Source: Penicillus capitatus (Eukaryota; Plantae; Chlorophyta). From it: DNA of 64,000 bases. The stretch spans positions 1-64,000 of the forward strand of contig OZ287703.1 in NCBI GenBank assembly GCA_965649825.1, read 5' to 3'. Made by a program: the position numbers and the translations under genes. Below are positions 61,179-64,000 of this stretch, piece after piece. Below the pieces are notes generated by a model. That model was given only the letters and a program-made list of their open reading frames with translations, did not search any database and was not told the DNA's origin. Numbering within the stretch: the first letter of the stretch is position 1; each line of letters starts with the position of its first letter.

Positions 61179-62819
61179 ATGACGAGAAGTACGGCGGTCT
61201 CATGTCAGGTGTCATGGAACGGACGTACAGTCGAAATTGAAGTTGACGCGTCGATGAGTTACGCGCAGCTGCGTGACGCTGCGTGTGATTTTTTCCGTCT
61301 TGAGCGCGGACGCGTCGCTCTCTTGACGGCGCAAGGGAGATACGGTGTGCGAATGCGGGATTCGATTTTGGTCAACGCGACGGTACTGATCGCTCGAGAC
61401 TGCGTCGGAGGCTCAGGACTCGAAGCGCCGCCAGTACCTCTTCACCCATGGGACCGAAAAACGTATAGAAGAGTCGTCAATCATTTGGAGTCCTGCACAA
61501 ATGCGGGCAATGAACGTCTGCGGTTGTTTCTGTCGTGGATTGACTACGCCAATCCTCTGGGAGAGTCCCTTCTCGAGGCTGTTCACTGCGTGAAGAGATT
61601 ACCGTCAGAACAAGTCAAAACGGGGTACTATGCTGAAAAAGACGAGGCATTCTTCCGAACTCAGACTGATGAACTGCTGAGATGGGGTGCCATCAAGTGT
61701 GAGTTGAAGAAATTGGTTCCACAAGAGAGCGCTCTTGAGCCCCTCGCTCAACTGAAGGCTTTAGAGAAGAAACCTACAGAGACGCTCCTCGAATTCGTTG
61801 TTCGATTCGGAAGAGCCGGGAAAACGTATATTGATGAGAAACTCCTATCAGAAGAAAATGTGACTCATCTTTTAGTCCAGAAACTTCCTGTCGACTTTGT
61901 GTATCATCTGTCGACTGTGGCCATCAATCAGCTCACTCTCCAGTTCATCTACGACAGAGTCTGTGTGGTGATGGATTACATTCGATTAAGATCTGGAGAG
62001 GTCCGACCTTCGATGAAACTTGGTGACTACATGGATCTCGGATCGATGCAAACGATGTGTAATGCAGCCGTAGACGAAGACGAAACATGTCGCGCTGTGA
62101 GGGACGTTATCGTGAGGGATGGCAAGCTACAATTCCCTCTGACACTGAAGACGAAGAATCAGATCATGATTGCGTTCAAAGAATTACTCTCTGAAGATCG
62201 CTATTTTGAAGAGAGCCAACGCGCAATCAGAGCTGAGGCTGACCGACGTCGAACGCATTCTTCGAAAGCCAAAGAAGCGCGCCATGCCAATATGGATGAA
62301 GAAGAAGCTCTTGACAGAGCTCATCTTTGCGAAGTTGAAAGCATAAGTAGAACTGAATCGCCGCTTGTGTGCAGAAGTGTCCAACCTAAGAAAGCATCTA
62401 TGCATGCTAACCTTGAGATGGCAGGAAAGTCAATCCGTGCTCTCATTGATACTGGAGCCACGGATAATTTCCTACAAGAGGAAACCGTGAAAGCCCTCGG
62501 ACTGGCCTCAAGCATGCTCCCTTCAGACAGGCATGTGGTCTTGGCCAACGGGGAGCGAGAGAAGATCACGGGACATCTAGATGTGCCCGCGAAGCTGGAT
62601 GGTCGCCCGGTTAATTTCAGCGCTTACTGTTTTAAGGGAAAAGGCCAAGAAGCGATAATAGGGTATAAATTCCTCGAAACAAACGGCTACCTCGTTGATT
62701 GTAGCTCCAAGAAGCTGATCAAAGTCGGCGAACCAGAAGTACAATGCTTCAAGGCATACGAACCTGAGCAAAAAAACGGATGTGGTCTGGCTGTGAATCC
62801 GGCAAACAGCCAGGCCTAG
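61179..62819 (+). CDS. Gypsy-3 ubiquitin-like domain-Gag-protease ORF
   Basis: First ATG after the PBS at 61179; 78-aa ubiquitin-like segment ending VGG; Gag-like helical region; protease ALIDTGAT; TAG at 62817-62819. Confidence 0.85.
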   Translation: MTRSTAVSCQVSWNGRTVEIEVDASMSYAQLRDAACDFFRLERGRVALLTAQGRYGVRMRDSILVNATVLIARDCVGGSGLEAPPVPLHPWDRKTYRRVVNHLESCTNAGNERLRLFLSWIDYANPLGESLLEAVHCVKRLPSEQVKTGYYAEKDEAFFRTQTDELLRWGAIKCELKKLVPQESALEPLAQLKALEKKPTETLLEFVVRFGRAGKTYIDEKLLSEENVTHLLVQKLPVDFVYHLSTVAINQLTLQFIYDRVCVVMDYIRLRSGEVRPSMKLGDYMDLGSMQTMCNAAVDEDETCRAVRDVIVRDGKLQFPLTLKTKNQIMIAFKELLSEDRYFEESQRAIRAEADRRRTHSSKAKEARHANMDEEEALDRAHLCEVESISRTESPLVCRSVQPKKASMHANLEMAGKSIRALIDTGATDNFLQEETVKALGLASSMLPSDRHVVLANGEREKITGHLDVPAKLDGRPVNFSAYCFKGKGQEAIIGYKFLETNGYLVDCSSKKLIKVGEPEVQCFKAYEPEQKNGCGLAVNPANSQA

Positions 62820-62832
62820 TGCGATTGCTGGA
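62771..62832 (+). promoter_or_regulatory. Predicted -1 programmed ribosomal frameshift signal
   Basis: In-register A_AAA_AAC at 62771-62777, 6-nt spacer, stem 62784-62794/62806-62816, and loop TCCGGCAA able to pair with TTGCTGGA at 62825-62832. Confidence 0.8.
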
Positions 62833-64000
62833 GCCTCTCAAATACATGCCATTCAAACGAAACAATCGATTAGTGATTCCCTTTAATAGGAATTGGATGT
62901 TGGGGCCACAAGAAAAGAGAGCCATCAACATCCAGATCCAATTTAGTGACATTAAACAGATCGAAGACGCTACCCGACCAAGTTACATAGAGTTTCATGC
63001 GAAGACTGATGGGAAGCGCATCTGGGGTGTGATAACAAATCACTCGAAAACGGCTGTTGCGCTTACACCGAAGAGTGATCTATGCAACGTGATGACTACA
63101 TCTACAAGCATAATGATTCCTGACCAAGGCATCCGAATCATTGAAGACCGAGAGAAGGTGTCGATGTGTCGAAGCGCAGCACTCGACGGAGAAAGATGGA
63201 AAGAAGAGTTCCCAGAGCTATTTGAGGAAACGTTAGGTAAATGTCAACATTATGTTGTCAACCATATTCCCCTCAAATGTCCGCTTGACCCACGCCAGCA
63301 ACCGAAACCACCTCCAAGAGGACCGGCTCAAGAGCAAGCTCTGCAGAAAGATCTGGATCAGTTGATAAAAGATGGTATTGTCAGCGAAGCAGCCCAAGAA
63401 CCTCTACTCATGCCTATTTTCGGCGTTCCTAAAAAGGAAGGCGGCGATCGAATTGTGGCTGATTTGCGAAGACTCAACAGTTTCGTGAGAAAAGAGCCTT
63501 ACTCGAAAACTTCGAGAACTAATGTCGTGGCAAGCATTCAACCGTTTTCTGTTGGTTCAAGCTTGGACATTTCCAGGGCTTACAACCAGATAGTGTTGGG
63601 CCAACAGATCAGACAGTTTTTCGGCTTCTCTCACCGAAACAAACAGTACGTTTTTAATCGACTGCCGTTTGGTTATTCGAATTCTCCATTCGAATTCCAG
63701 CGGGCGCTCGATAAGACTTTGCGTAATGTTAAAATACAATCGCAACTAATAGTGTACGCAGATGACATCTTGGTGCTGAGTTGTTCCGATGAACAGCATG
63801 AAAAGGACCTTCAACTGCTCTTGAAGGCACTGGTCAAAGACGGCTGGAAACTCAATCCCAAGAAGAGTAAATTTGGAAGAACAAGCTTCCAGTATCTGGG
63901 CATGGAATTGTCAACTGAAGGGTGGACCCCAGAATCAGCGGTACTCACCCAATGGAAAGACATGAAGCCCCCTCAAGGAATAAAAGAGTGGCGCAAGGTG
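62771..64000 (+). CDS. Gypsy-3 Pol (RT) in the -1 frame, open to the window end
   Basis: Manual translation gives ...PIFGVPKKEGGDRIVADLRRLN...LDISRAYNQ...RLPFG...VYADDILV...KLNPKKSKF with no stop. It is absent from the ORF track because it has no stop codon. Confidence 0.9.

Larger units (their letters stand above)
61005..64000 (+). mobile_element. Gypsy-3: Ty3/Gypsy retrotransposon, 3' part beyond the window
   Basis: 139-bp TG...CA LTR at 61005-61143, PBS TGGTTTCGGAGCG at 61144-61156, Gag-PR ORF, then an RT frame with YADD at 63755-63766. Confidence 0.92.

Overview
Eukaryotic genomic DNA with very short (~42-58 nt) spliceosomal introns and the standard genetic code; a green alga is my guess from intron size, GC content and gene families, not something the sequence proves. 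The window is a rearranged birth-and-death cluster of two interleaved repeat-protein families. (1) Six ankyrin-repeat genes (ANK1-6). Each ~33-aa repeat unit lies on its own 99-nt (rarely 102/105-nt) phase-0 exon, separated by ~47-nt introns, and the intact copies carry 4, 5, 12 and 15 cassettes. After splicing, the four copies with a visible 5' end start with a signal-peptide-like exon and end in a conserved two-Cys cap with no membrane anchor. They therefore look like secreted, variable-length binders resembling natural DARPins, with visible cassette duplication, half-cassette recombination and swapping of N-caps and C-caps between genes. (2) Eight two-exon F-box/LRR genes (FBL1-8), three of them broken by different Ty3/Gypsy LTR retrotransposons. 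Also present are a TRIM, a PLAC8-family gene, a cytochrome P450 and several inverted or direct segmental duplications. The right-hand Gypsy element has an N-terminal ubiquitin-like domain ending in Gly-Gly on Gag, and a predicted -1 frameshift cassette (A_AAA_AAC plus pseudoknot) between protease and RT. All calls were made by eye; no database searches were run.
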